This document shows positions 26,404 through 35,381 of a DNA stretch of 64,000 nt, one piece after another (the stretch's first letter is position 1; every line of letters begins with the position of its first letter). Source of the stretch: a virus; the IMG/VR virus record IMGVR_UViG_3300045988_117002; one strand, given 5' to 3'. A program made the translations under genes and the position numbers. The notes beneath the pieces are model-generated. The model was not told the origin of the DNA. It saw only the letters and a list, made by a program, of their open reading frames with translations, and ran no database searches.

Positions 26404-26556
26404 TTAAAATCCTAAAATCATCAATATAATTGCTACTACTAACATTACAAATGACATCAAAGCTAAAAATACTCTCTCACCATCTCTTTCGTCATTATAA
26501 TTTGTAAGTATATACCAACAAGCCAAACTGATTATCGCACTCGAAATACTTCTCAT
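26404..26556 (-). CDS. small membrane protein (2 TM)
   Basis: Track ORF 26404..26607. I prefer the ATG at 26554-26556 (MRSISSAIISLACWYIL...), 5 nt after GGAGGA. Second TM segment LALMSFVMLVVAIILMILGF. Confidence 0.55.
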   Translation of the reverse strand: MRSISSAIISLACWYILTNYNDERDGERVFLALMSFVMLVVAIILMILGF

Positions 26557-26581
26557 AATTTCCTCCAATTCTTCTTTTATA

Positions 26582-26800
26582 TTATAATTTGTTAATTTCT
26601 TCTGCAATTTTCTTCAATACATTACCGCCTTCTATTTTCTCAATGCTATCTCCATTTTCCCATATTGTTAAAATTGGGTAATCATTATATTGTGGATCAA
26701 AATAAGTTTTGTCACACATTTTCTTTCTTATCATGTTAATATCTTCTGATATACAAGCAGTGCGCCCTGTGTTGTATTCTTCTAATATATATATTTTCAT
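26582..26800 (-). CDS. hypothetical protein
   Basis: 72-aa ORF; AGGAGGAAAA RBS. Confidence 0.55.
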   Translation of the reverse strand: MKIYILEEYNTGRTACISEDINMIRKKMCDKTYFDPQYNDYPILTIWENGDSIEKIEGGNVLKKIAEEINKL

Positions 26801-26834
26801 TTAATTTTCCTCCTGAAACTCTTGTTTCAATCTA

Positions 26835-27062
26835 TTACACTAAATCATCAATCTCAATCACATCTGGATTATCACTAAACCATGTATCGTTCTCAGAAAT
26901 TTCCTTTAATTCAATAAAATCACATTCTGGATTATATTCATTGGAATGTTTTAAATATGCTGTTTTAACTTTCTCTCTTGCATCATCGTATGATTTAGCT
27001 TTAACAATCCCGATTGCTAAATGTTCAATTCTATATCCGTATAATCCTTCTATATTTAACAT
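26835..27062 (-). CDS. hypothetical protein
   Basis: 75-aa ORF, co-oriented. Confidence 0.5.
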   Translation of the reverse strand: MLNIEGLYGYRIEHLAIGIVKAKSYDDAREKVKTAYLKHSNEYNPECDFIELKEISENDTWFSDNPDVIEIDDLV

Positions 27063-27170
27063 AACATTTCCCTCAGTTCTTCAATTTGAAATATCTCTTT
27101 CATCTGTTAATTCTCTGTTAATTAAAACAGGTGGCACTCTATATCAAGTACCACCTGTAAGTATGTAATA

Positions 27171-27908
27171 TTATCGTTCTGTATATTCCCATTCTGCGAT
27201 AAAGTCAAACGCTTCATTGTAATACATAGGGTTTAAATCCTTATAAGAACTACATCCAAACCTTTCCTTTAATTCATTCCACATATTGATAAAATAGCTT
27301 TTGGAATAGCATTTGTATTTAGTCCCATGCGCTCCATCCAGAAGTTTATCGATTCTGTCTTTCGCTGCTTTATATAACTTCTGTTGCTGTCTAGTGGATA
27401 ACGTCATATTTTCCACCATCTTGTTGAGCATTTCTGTCTGTTCTCCGAGAAGATCTTCCATTGCGTTAATTTGAACTTGCATTCCTTCAATACGTCCTGT
27501 AAGTCCTAAATCATTAAAAAATTCTTGTTTCTGTTCTTCTGTTCCGAAAAATGCCTCGTGAAGTGTTTTAGCAGCTTTTAACTGATATAAAACAAGTTTT
27601 TGTACACCTTCTGGATTATTCCTTCTCATAGTAGGAGTAAGAGAAATTTTAGCAAGCCATAGTGTAACATAATCTTCAACGACACATAATGTTTCCTGTT
27701 CTCCACCTTTGGAAGGGTAACGCAAAATTGCGATTCCTTTTGAAAGCACGATATCTTTTCTTGCATTTTCAACCTGTCTCCTAGTCTGACCATCCGAAAA
27801 CCCTAAGTCATAACAAACATTTCTGATTGCCAACCATAATTTTCCAGAATCATCTTTGATTCCTAACAGTTCACTACCTTCAAATGGAATTTTCTTTGTT
27901 TCTACCAT
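27171..27908 (-). CDS. antirepressor-like protein (P22 Ant N-terminal-type domain plus ORF6C-like C-terminus)
   Basis: ATG 5 nt after CAGGAGGA. IPFEGSELLGIKDDSGKLWLAIRNVCYDLGFSDGQTRRQ...PSKGGEQETLCVVEDYVTLWLAKI fits the remembered P22_AR_N pattern (F.g..l..v...g..wv....vc..LG.....Q.r.l.....GG.Q......l..WL..I). Confidence 0.6.
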   Translation of the reverse strand: MVETKKIPFEGSELLGIKDDSGKLWLAIRNVCYDLGFSDGQTRRQVENARKDIVLSKGIAILRYPSKGGEQETLCVVEDYVTLWLAKISLTPTMRRNNPEGVQKLVLYQLKAAKTLHEAFFGTEEQKQEFFNDLGLTGRIEGMQVQINAMEDLLGEQTEMLNKMVENMTLSTRQQQKLYKAAKDRIDKLLDGAHGTKYKCYSKSYFINMWNELKERFGCSSYKDLNPMYYNEAFDFIAEWEYTER

Positions 27909-27980
27909 AATTGATTCCTCCTGTACTTGCATATTATTTAGTTCTCAATGTGCATTTGTAAAATATTGGAAATTTTCTGA

Positions 27981-28010
27981 TTGACTAATCGTGTTGAAAT
28001 GATATATAAT
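27981..28010 (+). promoter_or_regulatory. sigma-A promoter on the antisense strand between the RHH and antirepressor genes
   Basis: TTGACT (27981-27986), 18-nt spacer, TATAAT (28005-28010). Bracketed by a perfect 10-bp inverted repeat ctgattgact (27977-27986) / agtcaatcag (28016-28025). Confidence 0.55.
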
Positions 28011-28016
28011 AGATAA

Positions 28017-28100
28017 GTCAATCAGTTAATGGTTTTCCATGCTGATGGCGGTTAATGGTGGTTTCTAGTTTCTCAGGCTGTGAACCACCATTTCTATTTC
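28017..28100 (+). ncRNA. candidate ~85-nt antisense RNA (sar-like) in the RHH-antirepressor intercistronic region
   Basis: Promoter at 27981-28010. 9-bp terminator stem atggtggtt(28055-28063)/aaccaccat(28083-28091) followed by TTCTATTTC. No ORF. Confidence 0.4.
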
Positions 28101-28249
28101 TGCTTATCTTTCTCCCGTTCTACAAGAATCATTCTTATGAGATTAGAAAAATTTGTCCCCTTTTCTTGTGCTTCTCTTTCCAATGATTCCTCCAATTCTT
28201 TTGAAATATAAACAGACTTTCTTATTCCATTCTGCTTAGGTTTCGCCAT
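28094..28249 (-). CDS. ribbon-helix-helix (Arc/CopG-like) regulator
   Basis: GGAGGAAAT RBS. Hand translation MAKPKQNGIRKSVYISKELEESLEREAQEKGTNFSNLIRMILVEREKDKQK, with a beta-strand/helix/helix pattern typical of RHH proteins. Confidence 0.65.
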   Translation of the reverse strand: MAKPKQNGIRKSVYISKELEESLEREAQEKGTNFSNLIRMILVEREKDKQK

Positions 28250-28272
28250 TGGATTTCCTCCTTACGTCTATT

Positions 28273-28301
28273 ATATTATCATTTTAACAGGTACTTGTCA
28301 A
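28273..28301 (-). promoter_or_regulatory. sigma-A promoter driving RHH and antirepressor
   Basis: Minus strand: TTGACA (complement of 28296-28301), 17-nt spacer, TAATAT (complement of 28273-28278). Confidence 0.65.
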
Positions 28302-28385
28302 CATCTATTTTCATTATTTTTATGTTCATAAGCACTATCATAGTTACTAAAATTTCCATTCTAGCAACTACTAACTACAAACGAA

Positions 28386-28646
28386 TCATGCTATATGTAA
28401 TCCTGATGCTTTCAATAATGCTTCAAATGCGTTTATCAATTCTATCCTCATTTTCTTTTTAGCAACTGAACCTTTTCCGCCTTCTCTTATACTATCATCC
28501 AGGCGTGTTTTGTATTTTCTTACTTTATCATTCGCAAACAGATCAATCTCTTCTATTTTTCCGTTATCCATCTGCATTCTCATAAAAACGTGTGTATTCT
28601 GTTTATTTCCATCTGTATACTCTATGAAGCTTGCTAAATTCTGCAT
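28386..28646 (-). CDS. hypothetical protein
   Basis: Track ORF 28386..28712. I prefer the ATG at 28644-28646 (MQNLASFIEY...), 8 nt after GGAGGA. Confidence 0.55.
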   Translation of the reverse strand: MQNLASFIEYTDGNKQNTHVFMRMQMDNGKIEEIDLFANDKVRKYKTRLDDSIREGGKGSVAKKKMRIELINAFEALLKASGLHIA

Positions 28647-28660
28647 ATGTATATCCTCCA

Positions 28661-28729
28661 TCAACTCAGTATTGCTACTATAATAAGTATTGTAAGTCCA
28701 ATTCCCAAACAATAACCTAACTCGTACAT
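28661..28729 (-). CDS. 22-aa hydrophobic micro-ORF (paralog of 23439..23507)
   Basis: MYELGYCLGIGLTILIIVAILS; see 23439..23507. Confidence 0.4.
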   Translation of the reverse strand: MYELGYCLGIGLTILIIVAILS

Positions 28730-28818
28730 TTTAATCTTCTCCTTTAATCCTGTTCTAAGTATAAAATTAGCCTTATAGATTTATTCTCTACAAGGCTATA
28801 AAAGATACATTTCATCTG

Positions 28819-29016
28819 TTAGTCTTCATCTGGTTCATCCCATCCGTATGTATCTCTAACTTGTTCTAAAATATCATCACTGGAAATCATAGCACTACAA
28901 CAAAGACATATAGGGATGGTTTTCTGTACACGTTTTCCATTTTTCTTTCCATGATATGTATATTTCCCAATAGGCACTCTATTATTAGTTGTATTACAAT
29001 ACCAACAATTTGACAT
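28819..29016 (-). CDS. small zinc-ribbon-like protein
   Basis: Track ORF 28819..29031; ATG 8 nt after GGAGGA. CWYCN...CLCCSAM. Confidence 0.55.
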   Translation of the reverse strand: MSNCWYCNTTNNRVPIGKYTYHGKKNGKRVQKTIPICLCCSAMISSDDILEQVRDTYGWDEPDED

Positions 29017-29056
29017 AACTATTTCCTCCATAACGTTCTTTATATATTATTTCCTA

Positions 29057-30139
29057 TCATTCCTTATATAAAGGATTTACACCAGCAGATTTTTCAATAG
29101 TCTTTCTTGCATTCTCAATCATCTGTTCTGCATTTCCCATATTGTCAATGTTTACTTTTAAATTTTCCATAGCTTCTGAACGTGTTTTCCCTTTTGCTAT
29201 CAGCAAACCAACTCTTTTAACAGATATTTTCCATTCGTCATTATCACGTAATATAAAGAAATCTATTCCATATTTAGTAAAACATTCTGCAATAACTTTT
29301 CTCCATGCAGAATGATCTTTATTATGAAATACAATGTAAACTTCCTGGATGTCTTTTTCTTTGTGTTCTGCTTTCTTACGTGGATTATACTCAACAGGTT
29401 CTTTAAAATCTGAACTCGTAATATTTTCCAGATATGCCATTCTTTCCTTATAACCTTTAGGAAGTTTCAAGCCTGTTACACACTCAAAGATTTTAATGCT
29501 TGCTTTATTTCCATTATGTAAACGTTCTTTAATCTGGTTCTTACAATATGGAATATCATAATAATGGATTAATGGCAATAAATTATAATTCCATTTCTTT
29601 TCCATGCCATATACATCAAGAAAAATATCATCAATAATTTTAGTTTCCATTTCTGGTAAACGTTCCATATCTTCTGCAAGTAAAGTCTTAACACGTTCTA
29701 TTTCTTTCCGTTCCTGTTCTACTTTTCCCAACGCAGCACGTTCATTTTCTTCCTGTAAACGTTTCTGTTCTTCCATATATACTTTATGGTCTGCAATAGC
29801 TTTTTTCATAGCTTGTTCTGTATCAAGTCCGTTATTGATAAGGTATTCAACAAAACCATATTCTGTCTTTTTCAATTCTATATAAGTCTTTTCATTCTTG
29901 TTGACAAACTTATATAATGTTTTCGGTTTGGTCAATTCGCCATTACGCTTATAGTATGTATAGTTCTCTACTTTTTCCAGATAGTAACCTTCTAAAAGCT
30001 TTAAGCAAAGATAATCTACCATATTATATATTTTTCCATCATATCTAATTAATTTGTCAAATAAGTTTTCCACTTTTGTTTTACGTGGTTCTTTGATATT
30101 GTCTGTAAATCCGAAATAAAAGCTATCTGTTTCAATCAT
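29057..30139 (-). CDS. hypothetical protein (central coiled-coil)
   Basis: Track ORF 29057..30157; ATG at 30137-30139 lies 8 nt after GGAGGA. Confidence 0.6.
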   Translation of the reverse strand: MIETDSFYFGFTDNIKEPRKTKVENLFDKLIRYDGKIYNMVDYLCLKLLEGYYLEKVENYTYYKRNGELTKPKTLYKFVNKNEKTYIELKKTEYGFVEYLINNGLDTEQAMKKAIADHKVYMEEQKRLQEENERAALGKVEQERKEIERVKTLLAEDMERLPEMETKIIDDIFLDVYGMEKKWNYNLLPLIHYYDIPYCKNQIKERLHNGNKASIKIFECVTGLKLPKGYKERMAYLENITSSDFKEPVEYNPRKKAEHKEKDIQEVYIVFHNKDHSAWRKVIAECFTKYGIDFFILRDNDEWKISVKRVGLLIAKGKTRSEAMENLKVNIDNMGNAEQMIENARKTIEKSAGVNPLYKE

Positions 30140-30153
30140 ATTCTTATCCTCCA

Positions 30154-30663
30154 TCACTTACATTTAAAACTGTCTAATACGTTCTTTAAATTTTCCAACT
30201 GATTCTCTGCTTCTGTTCTTGCGTATTCGTCAACAAGAAATTGTTTTCTTTCCTGTCTACATTCTTCAAGAACATTCTGTAGTTTTGTATCTATACTATT
30301 AATGATAACAGTTTCCGCTGTTTCCCAGTCCTCTACTTCTTGCGATTCTCTTTCTTTAAGGTAACGATTGTATAAATCACGTTCCTGTAATTTCTGTTCT
30401 ATGTCATCATCTGGAATAGGATCGTCAATCCAATTCTGCATACAGAAATGTAACAATTCTATTGATTTTCCATTGTATGTAGACATATGGAAACTATTTC
30501 CACCAGCTACGTCATACCACATTGTTATAATTCCATCTTCTGAAATTTCTACAATGTAGCGTAAATTTTTATTCTCTAAAGCTGATTTATACGCTTCAAT
30601 TCCTTTATGGATGATTCTTTCTTTATTCTGTTCAATCAGTTCTAGCCATTCTCTGTTAGTCAT
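30154..30663 (-). CDS. hypothetical protein
   Basis: Track ORF 30154..30687; ATG at 30661-30663 lies 7 nt after TGGAGGT. Confidence 0.6.
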   Translation of the reverse strand: MTNREWLELIEQNKERIIHKGIEAYKSALENKNLRYIVEISEDGIITMWYDVAGGNSFHMSTYNGKSIELLHFCMQNWIDDPIPDDDIEQKLQERDLYNRYLKERESQEVEDWETAETVIINSIDTKLQNVLEECRQERKQFLVDEYARTEAENQLENLKNVLDSFKCK

Positions 30664-30688
30664 TCTTATACCTCCAAAATTTTCCACT

Positions 30689-30723
30689 AAAAAAGGAAAC
30701 TAATTCAATTTAGTCTCCTTTTT
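30689..30723 (-). terminator. hairpin with flanking A/T runs (bidirectional-type terminator)
   Basis: aaaggaaactaa / ttagtctccttt (12 bp, 1 mismatch), flanked by A-run and T-run. A U-tract follows on the minus strand. Confidence 0.5.
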
Positions 30724-30739
30724 AGTATTCTCTATTATT

Positions 30740-30991
30740 CTATTCTTCATCATATCTTTCATTAATGACATCTATAATATCATCCAGATACATTTCTTCA
30801 TTGTATGTTGATTGATTAGAAATTTCTAATATTTTATTATCTATATCAAAATTAAAATAAATACCGTAATCAATTCCTCCTGCATTAATTGTCACTGTCC
30901 ATTCATCAATGTTATTTACTCCGTTATTTACTTTATTCAAACAATACGCAAGTGAGTTTACACTCCTTTCAATGTCCACTGAATATCTCAT
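30740..30991 (-). CDS. hypothetical protein
   Basis: 83-aa ORF; AGGAGGAAAT RBS. Confidence 0.55.
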   Translation of the reverse strand: MRYSVDIERSVNSLAYCLNKVNNGVNNIDEWTVTINAGGIDYGIYFNFDIDNKILEISNQSTYNEEMYLDDIIDVINERYDEE

Positions 30992-31052
30992 TCTTATTTC
31001 CTCCTATTCTCACATTCCATAGAAAACACTTTCTTTTCTATTTTTAATCATT

Positions 31053-31241
31053 CTAGCATGCTGATTTTACAATTCTATAATCCTGTTCTTCCCATCCATC
31101 TGCAATAAGATCGTCATACAATTTATTAAATTCTTCTGCATTGTAAATAGTTCCTAAACCCTCTGTAATATCTCGATACTCACCATCTCCAAAATCCCAA
31201 AAGACTTTCTCTTCCGTTCCTTTTTTTATTACTATATCCAT
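31053..31241 (-). CDS. hypothetical protein
   Basis: 62-aa acidic ORF, co-oriented. Confidence 0.5.
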   Translation of the reverse strand: MDIVIKKGTEEKVFWDFGDGEYRDITEGLGTIYNAEEFNKLYDDLIADGWEEQDYRIVKSAC

Positions 31242-31254
31242 GTGCTATCCCCCT

Positions 31255-31497
31255 TTACAATATCTCAACTTCTTTCACATTCCATGTGATTTTTGTTAAA
31301 TCATCAGAAATTTTCCCATCATAACTCTGATGTGTAGAATCCCATATGAGTTCTACTGTATCATCTGGACGTACACAAGCCCATAAATGATCATGATTTA
31401 CTTTTGTGATACAGATAATTCCTGTATCGTCAAATGTTCTATGCTTTTCTGCTCTTTCCTGTTTTAATAATTCCATTGCTTTTTCATAATTTGTCAT
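31255..31497 (-). CDS. hypothetical protein
   Basis: 80-aa ORF; GGAGGGTTGA RBS. Confidence 0.55.
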   Translation of the reverse strand: MTNYEKAMELLKQERAEKHRTFDDTGIICITKVNHDHLWACVRPDDTVELIWDSTHQSYDGKISDDLTKITWNVKEVEIL

Positions 31498-31545
31498 AGT
31501 ATCAACCCTCCATCACGTTTTGACCTGTTTATATTATTGATTATA

Positions 31546-31782
31546 TTACAATGCTTTTAATTTCACAACACCATTATATATAGTAAATTTTCCATATACA
31601 TAATTGTCTTGTGTAAAATCATAATCGTAAACGTGCCATAATTCCAATTCAGTGTTACATTTCCATCTGTTCTTATTTAAGATGTCGCAAATTTTCTTTG
31701 CGCTTCTATCCGAAGCAAAGAAAGCATATGTTTTTGAATGTAGATACTCCGTTCCCTTATTTGTCATTGCAATTAATTTCAT
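31546..31782 (-). CDS. hypothetical protein
   Basis: Track ORF 31546..31836. I prefer the ATG at 31780-31782 (MKLIAMTNKG...), after AAGGAAGG. Confidence 0.55.
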   Translation of the reverse strand: MKLIAMTNKGTEYLHSKTYAFFASDRSAKKICDILNKNRWKCNTELELWHVYDYDFTQDNYVYGKFTIYNGVVKLKAL

Positions 31783-31867
31783 GTTATCAATTCCTTCCTT
31801 ATTATATAGTGTTCTGTTTGACCGTTCAATCGGCATACAGAACTATTTTCCGTATGCCTATCAACGG

Positions 31868-32077
31868 TCAAACATTGTTGTATAAGCGGTCAATTGTTCT
31901 CATGATCTTCATCATCAAACCATATTCTGTTAAACCTTCCCACATAACAATAGAAGTCTTTCCGTTTACGGTAACAAACACGCTTTCCGATTCTTCTGAA
32001 TATGTCACTGTTACTCTGTTTCCGTTTGTATACGGATTTTCTTCTAACATTTCATTAAATTTGTTGATCCATTCCAT
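31868..32077 (-). CDS. hypothetical protein
   Basis: 69-aa ORF, co-oriented. Confidence 0.5.
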   Translation of the reverse strand: MEWINKFNEMLEENPYTNGNRVTVTYSEESESVFVTVNGKTSIVMWEGLTEYGLMMKIMRTIDRLYNNV

Positions 32078-32093
32078 TTTTCTTTTCTCCTGT

Positions 32094-32276
32094 TCATTCT
32101 ATTAATTCTTCTATTGTTTCGCACAATCTTAAAAGAGCAGCTTTCACCACACTATTTCCGTTAAGTTGTGATAACTCATTGTATAGTTCTGTTTCCGCTT
32201 CTTCTCTGTTTTCTTCATCGTCATAGCCATCGGAAAGACAGTCGATAATCTTTCTTGCTAATTCTGAACTATTCAT
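32094..32276 (-). CDS. hypothetical protein
   Basis: 60-aa acidic ORF; GGGAGGAAAT RBS. Confidence 0.5.
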   Translation of the reverse strand: MNSSELARKIIDCLSDGYDDEENREEAETELYNELSQLNGNSVVKAALLRLCETIEELIE

Positions 32277-32297
32277 GTTTATTTCCTCCCTTGTGGT

Positions 32298-32654
32298 TTA
32301 ATGAACTTTCCAACATTGCCAATAATAATCTTCTTTTGTTGCTATTTCTTCTGGAGTCATATCAGGATTAAACATTTGTGTTCTTCTAATAAAATCTTTG
32401 TACTGTTCATTAAAATCATCACAATATGTAATTTCTTCTGATAAAATTCTCCCATCATCACTCGCATATTCATAAATAATACTTGATTCATCACTATTGT
32501 ATGTTTCCAAAAATTTATTAATTGTTCTGCCGTCTTCTGTTTCTATTAAATAATCTTGTAAACATTCTTTTGTAATTTTAAATCTTACTTCTCTTTCTAC
32601 ATCCAAAGTATCATCAATATAGTTACAAATTTTTAATTCTACAAACTTATCCAT
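32298..32654 (-). CDS. hypothetical protein
   Basis: 118-aa ORF; CAGGAGGTAA RBS. Confidence 0.6.
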   Translation of the reverse strand: MDKFVELKICNYIDDTLDVEREVRFKITKECLQDYLIETEDGRTINKFLETYNSDESSIIYEYASDDGRILSEEITYCDDFNEQYKDFIRRTQMFNPDMTPEEIATKEDYYWQCWKVH

Positions 32655-32685
32655 ACCAGTTTACCTCCTGTCTGAAATGTGAATT

Positions 32686-32916
32686 TCAACCTGTTATATA
32701 TATTTTCCTATTACTTGTTTTTTTAATAAGTGTTAACTCTTTAATTGTTGGAATTTTAATATTATAATATTCTTCTAAGATACATTTTAAAGAACTGTAA
32801 CTCATTCCATCCCATCCCCATATATTTCCTGTGTGTTCTCTTTTAGTGGTTTCTTCATTTTTGATTTCTGCAAACCATTTACCATTTTCTTGTGTAATAT
32901 GATCGAGTATATACAT
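32686..32916 (-). CDS. hypothetical protein
   Basis: 76-aa ORF; GGAGGAATGA RBS. Confidence 0.55.
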   Translation of the reverse strand: MYILDHITQENGKWFAEIKNEETTKREHTGNIWGWDGMSYSSLKCILEEYYNIKIPTIKELTLIKKTSNRKIYITG

Positions 32917-32919
32917 CTT

Positions 32920-33096
32920 TCATTCCTCCATATCCTGATATGCAAAATTTAAGCGTTCTTTTAAATCTTCAATGTTATCATGTAAACTGATCAATGTTTC
33001 ATCATCTGCATTATTTTCCAATGCAAGTTTATATTCACGTTTTAAATTTGTAAGTGCTTCTTTTAATGTGTTTGGTTTCTCATACTGTTTATACAT
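32920..33096 (-). CDS. hypothetical protein (58 aa, coiled-coil)
   Basis: GGAGGTGAAG RBS. Hand translation MYKQYEKPNTLKEALTNLKREYKLALENNADDETLISLHDNIEDLKERLNFAYQDMEE. Confidence 0.45.
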   Translation of the reverse strand: MYKQYEKPNTLKEALTNLKREYKLALENNADDETLISLHDNIEDLKERLNFAYQDMEE

Positions 33097-33106
33097 GCTT
33101 CACCTC

Positions 33107-33394
33107 CTAAAATTCCGCTTTCAGCTTTCCATTGTACTTTTCCGTGTATTCAAATTCAGGTTCACCAAAATAAAAGCCTGTTACTTCTGTGCTAATACAA
33201 AGATTTGTTTTCTTTTCGATTATATCCGACATAATAAAAGTTGCATCTGCTTCTGCTGAATAACATCCATACACAACTTTTTTATACGCATCTGCTTCTG
33301 CTGAATAACATCCATACACAACTTTTTTATACGCATCTGCTTTGCCTCCGTCGTATGTAATAGTTTTCTTTTTCTTATCTTTAATGATAAACAT
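33107..33394 (-). CDS. hypothetical protein containing an in-frame 15-aa tandem duplication
   Basis: Track ORF 33107..33409; ATG 8 nt after GGAGGA. ADAYKKVVYGCYSAE is repeated exactly. Confidence 0.55.
   Translation of the reverse strand: MFIIKDKKKKTITYDGGKADAYKKVVYGCYSAEADAYKKVVYGCYSAEADATFIMSDIIEKKTNLCISTEVTGFYFGEPEFEYTEKYNGKLKAEF
33243..33343. repeat. perfect 45-bp tandem duplication (2 copies plus 11 bp)
   Basis: gcatctgcttctgctgaataacatccatacacaacttttttatac at 33243-33287 and 33288-33332, then gcatctgcttt. Confidence 0.9.
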
Positions 33395-33421
33395 ATTATT
33401 TTCCTCCATGAAATTGTACTT

Positions 33422-34018
33422 TTATCTTGAAATTTTATCCGCATATTCCATCATAAATTGAGCTGTTTTCTTAATTGTTTTTGATTTGTCGACTACTTCA
33501 TCATTAAAACAAATTGTAAATACATCGCCAACATTGTCATCAACAATCCAGTACGGTATATTCTTACGGGGTTTCCAATATGTTGTCCAATAATTATAGT
33601 TGTAATTGTCACCAATTATATTTTTTCTATAAAAGTTAGCATCTTCGATTCTTACTGGATGACAAATACCATAACCAACAAAAAGCTCTTTTGTAATTAT
33701 TCTACTATTTTGATATTTTTTAATTGCTTCTTCTTTACCAAAACAAGCAATCCAATTGTATGTTAAATCTTTTTCCGTATCATTAAAATATTTATAATTC
33801 ATCATCTCTTTTTCGTTCCGTGGTGTACTATATGACATTTCCCAATTAAAAGGATTGTCTAACGCCGGATTTTTCATTCTAATAGGATATGCTTGATCTC
33901 CATTTTTTCTAAGTTCAATCCATGCATTTTTTCCACTATCAAGACATGATAATAACATTATCATAGCCTTATTTACGTTTGTTGTTGCTTCTGTCCATGT
34001 TGTATGTACTTTGCTCAT
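33422..34018 (-). CDS. hypothetical protein
   Basis: 198-aa ORF, co-oriented. Confidence 0.6.
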   Translation of the reverse strand: MSKVHTTWTEATTNVNKAMIMLLSCLDSGKNAWIELRKNGDQAYPIRMKNPALDNPFNWEMSYSTPRNEKEMMNYKYFNDTEKDLTYNWIACFGKEEAIKKYQNSRIITKELFVGYGICHPVRIEDANFYRKNIIGDNYNYNYWTTYWKPRKNIPYWIVDDNVGDVFTICFNDEVVDKSKTIKKTAQFMMEYADKISR

Positions 34019-34157
34019 ATGTTTAAATTCCTTTCTTTATCTATTCTTTAATGCCTCTATAACGCTGTTAAACTCACTTTAACAGTGGTCAAATTGTAAC
34101 TATTTCCGCTGTTCTCTACATTGATAACTTTTCCACCTGCATAGATATTAATTTCCA

Positions 34158-34343
34158 TTAACGTTCCACCACCTCTCTGATATAATAGTCTTTCAGATAA
34201 TAACGACTTGAGCGTGGGTTATTACGCTTTATAACGTAACCTCTTCCGTATCTGCCCTTATACGGTTCTTTGATTTCTTTCCCGACAGGAATATATCCCC
34301 TGTCGCTTGCGGTATGGTGATATGTATACTTAACTTCTTTCAT
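34158..34343 (-). CDS. hypothetical protein (basic, Tyr/Arg-rich)
   Basis: Track ORF 34158..34352; ATG after AGGTGGA. Confidence 0.5.
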   Translation of the reverse strand: MKEVKYTYHHTASDRGYIPVGKEIKEPYKGRYGRGYVIKRNNPRSSRYYLKDYYIREVVER

Positions 34344-34355
34344 GCTTTCCACCTT

Positions 34356-34751
34356 CTACTGTATAAAGTCCCAACGTTCTATAACGTCATCATCATAATT
34401 GCTATATGGGTTATATACGCAATAAGTAATGATTGTATCTCCAATTTCTGCATCATCTACGCTTGCATAGCTGATATAATAGCCTCCATCAACAGGCGGA
34501 TTGAGTACAGTTCCGTTCTTTTCATTATCGGTTACTTTTCCGATAATGCGCTCAATGTACATAATGTTATGATCTGCTCTTGTTGTAAGCATTTCCTCTG
34601 TTAAGTCATTACAATCAATGACTTTTGTGATAGGTGCATTTTTTGCGACATCTGGAAATGTTCTTGCCTGTACAGGTGCGCTTGTTACGTTTCCGATAAT
34701 GCTAATACTTGCAAGTGTTATAATTAATGCTTTCTTAATTCTGTTCATCAT
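34356..34751 (-). CDS. secreted protein (signal peptide)
   Basis: MMNRIKKALIITLASISIIGNVTSAPVQA|R: n-region, h-region, AXA-like cleavage site. Confidence 0.65.
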   Translation of the reverse strand: MMNRIKKALIITLASISIIGNVTSAPVQARTFPDVAKNAPITKVIDCNDLTEEMLTTRADHNIMYIERIIGKVTDNEKNGTVLNPPVDGGYYISYASVDDAEIGDTIITYCVYNPYSNYDDDVIERWDFIQ

Positions 34752-34778
34752 AGTTCTTTCCACCTTTCTTATATATAA

Positions 34779-34934
34779 TTAATATCCTTTTGCAATGTAG
34801 TCTAAAAACATCCAAACAGGCATTGTAAACAGGAAGAAAGCGCAAATATATGTAAGTGCTGTTTTAACTTTCCGCTTGCGTTCCTGTTTAAATACTGCTT
34901 TCCAATAACTTCTAGTTCCATAAATCTTTTCCAT
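34779..34934 (-). CDS. small membrane protein (51 aa)
   Basis: Hand translation MEKIYGTRSYWKAVFKQERKRKVKTALTYICAFFLFTMPVWMFLDYIAKGY. Confidence 0.4.
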   Translation of the reverse strand: MEKIYGTRSYWKAVFKQERKRKVKTALTYICAFFLFTMPVWMFLDYIAKGY

Positions 34935-35041
34935 AGTAGTTCCCCTTTCTTTTATGTTGTGTTATTTGCCATTATAAGCACTATAAAAGGCACGAATGAT
35001 ATAATTTCCATTCATGCCCTATTTAGTGATTATAAAGCGGT

Positions 35042-35362
35042 TTAGGCTTCATGTTTCCGTTCTAATTCTTTGCAAATTTCAGAATCGTAGCTAAACGGAT
35101 ATTCTTTCACAAGTCCATTCTTACTGTAAATACTTGTGATAAACTTCACATCATAGAATGATGTATAATTCAGTGAATATGTAATTGTGTTATTAATATA
35201 AATGTTTACGGATTGCCCGTTATCGTAATACTGAAAAGGTACGTCCGATATTTCCAGATCATCAAGAACTTTCTTTCCTTCATAATAATTTCTTTCAAAC
35301 TGTTCTTTATTTCCCCATGTTTCACCTTTTGTAAGTTCCTGTAACATTGATACGATTGACAT
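35042..35362 (-). CDS. hypothetical protein
   Basis: Track ORF 35042..35398. I prefer the ATG at 35360-35362 (MSIVSML...), 7 nt after GAGGTGG. Confidence 0.55.
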   Translation of the reverse strand: MSIVSMLQELTKGETWGNKEQFERNYYEGKKVLDDLEISDVPFQYYDNGQSVNIYINNTITYSLNYTSFYDVKFITSIYSKNGLVKEYPFSYDSEICKELERKHEA

Positions 35363-35381
35363 ATTATTCCACCTCTTCATT

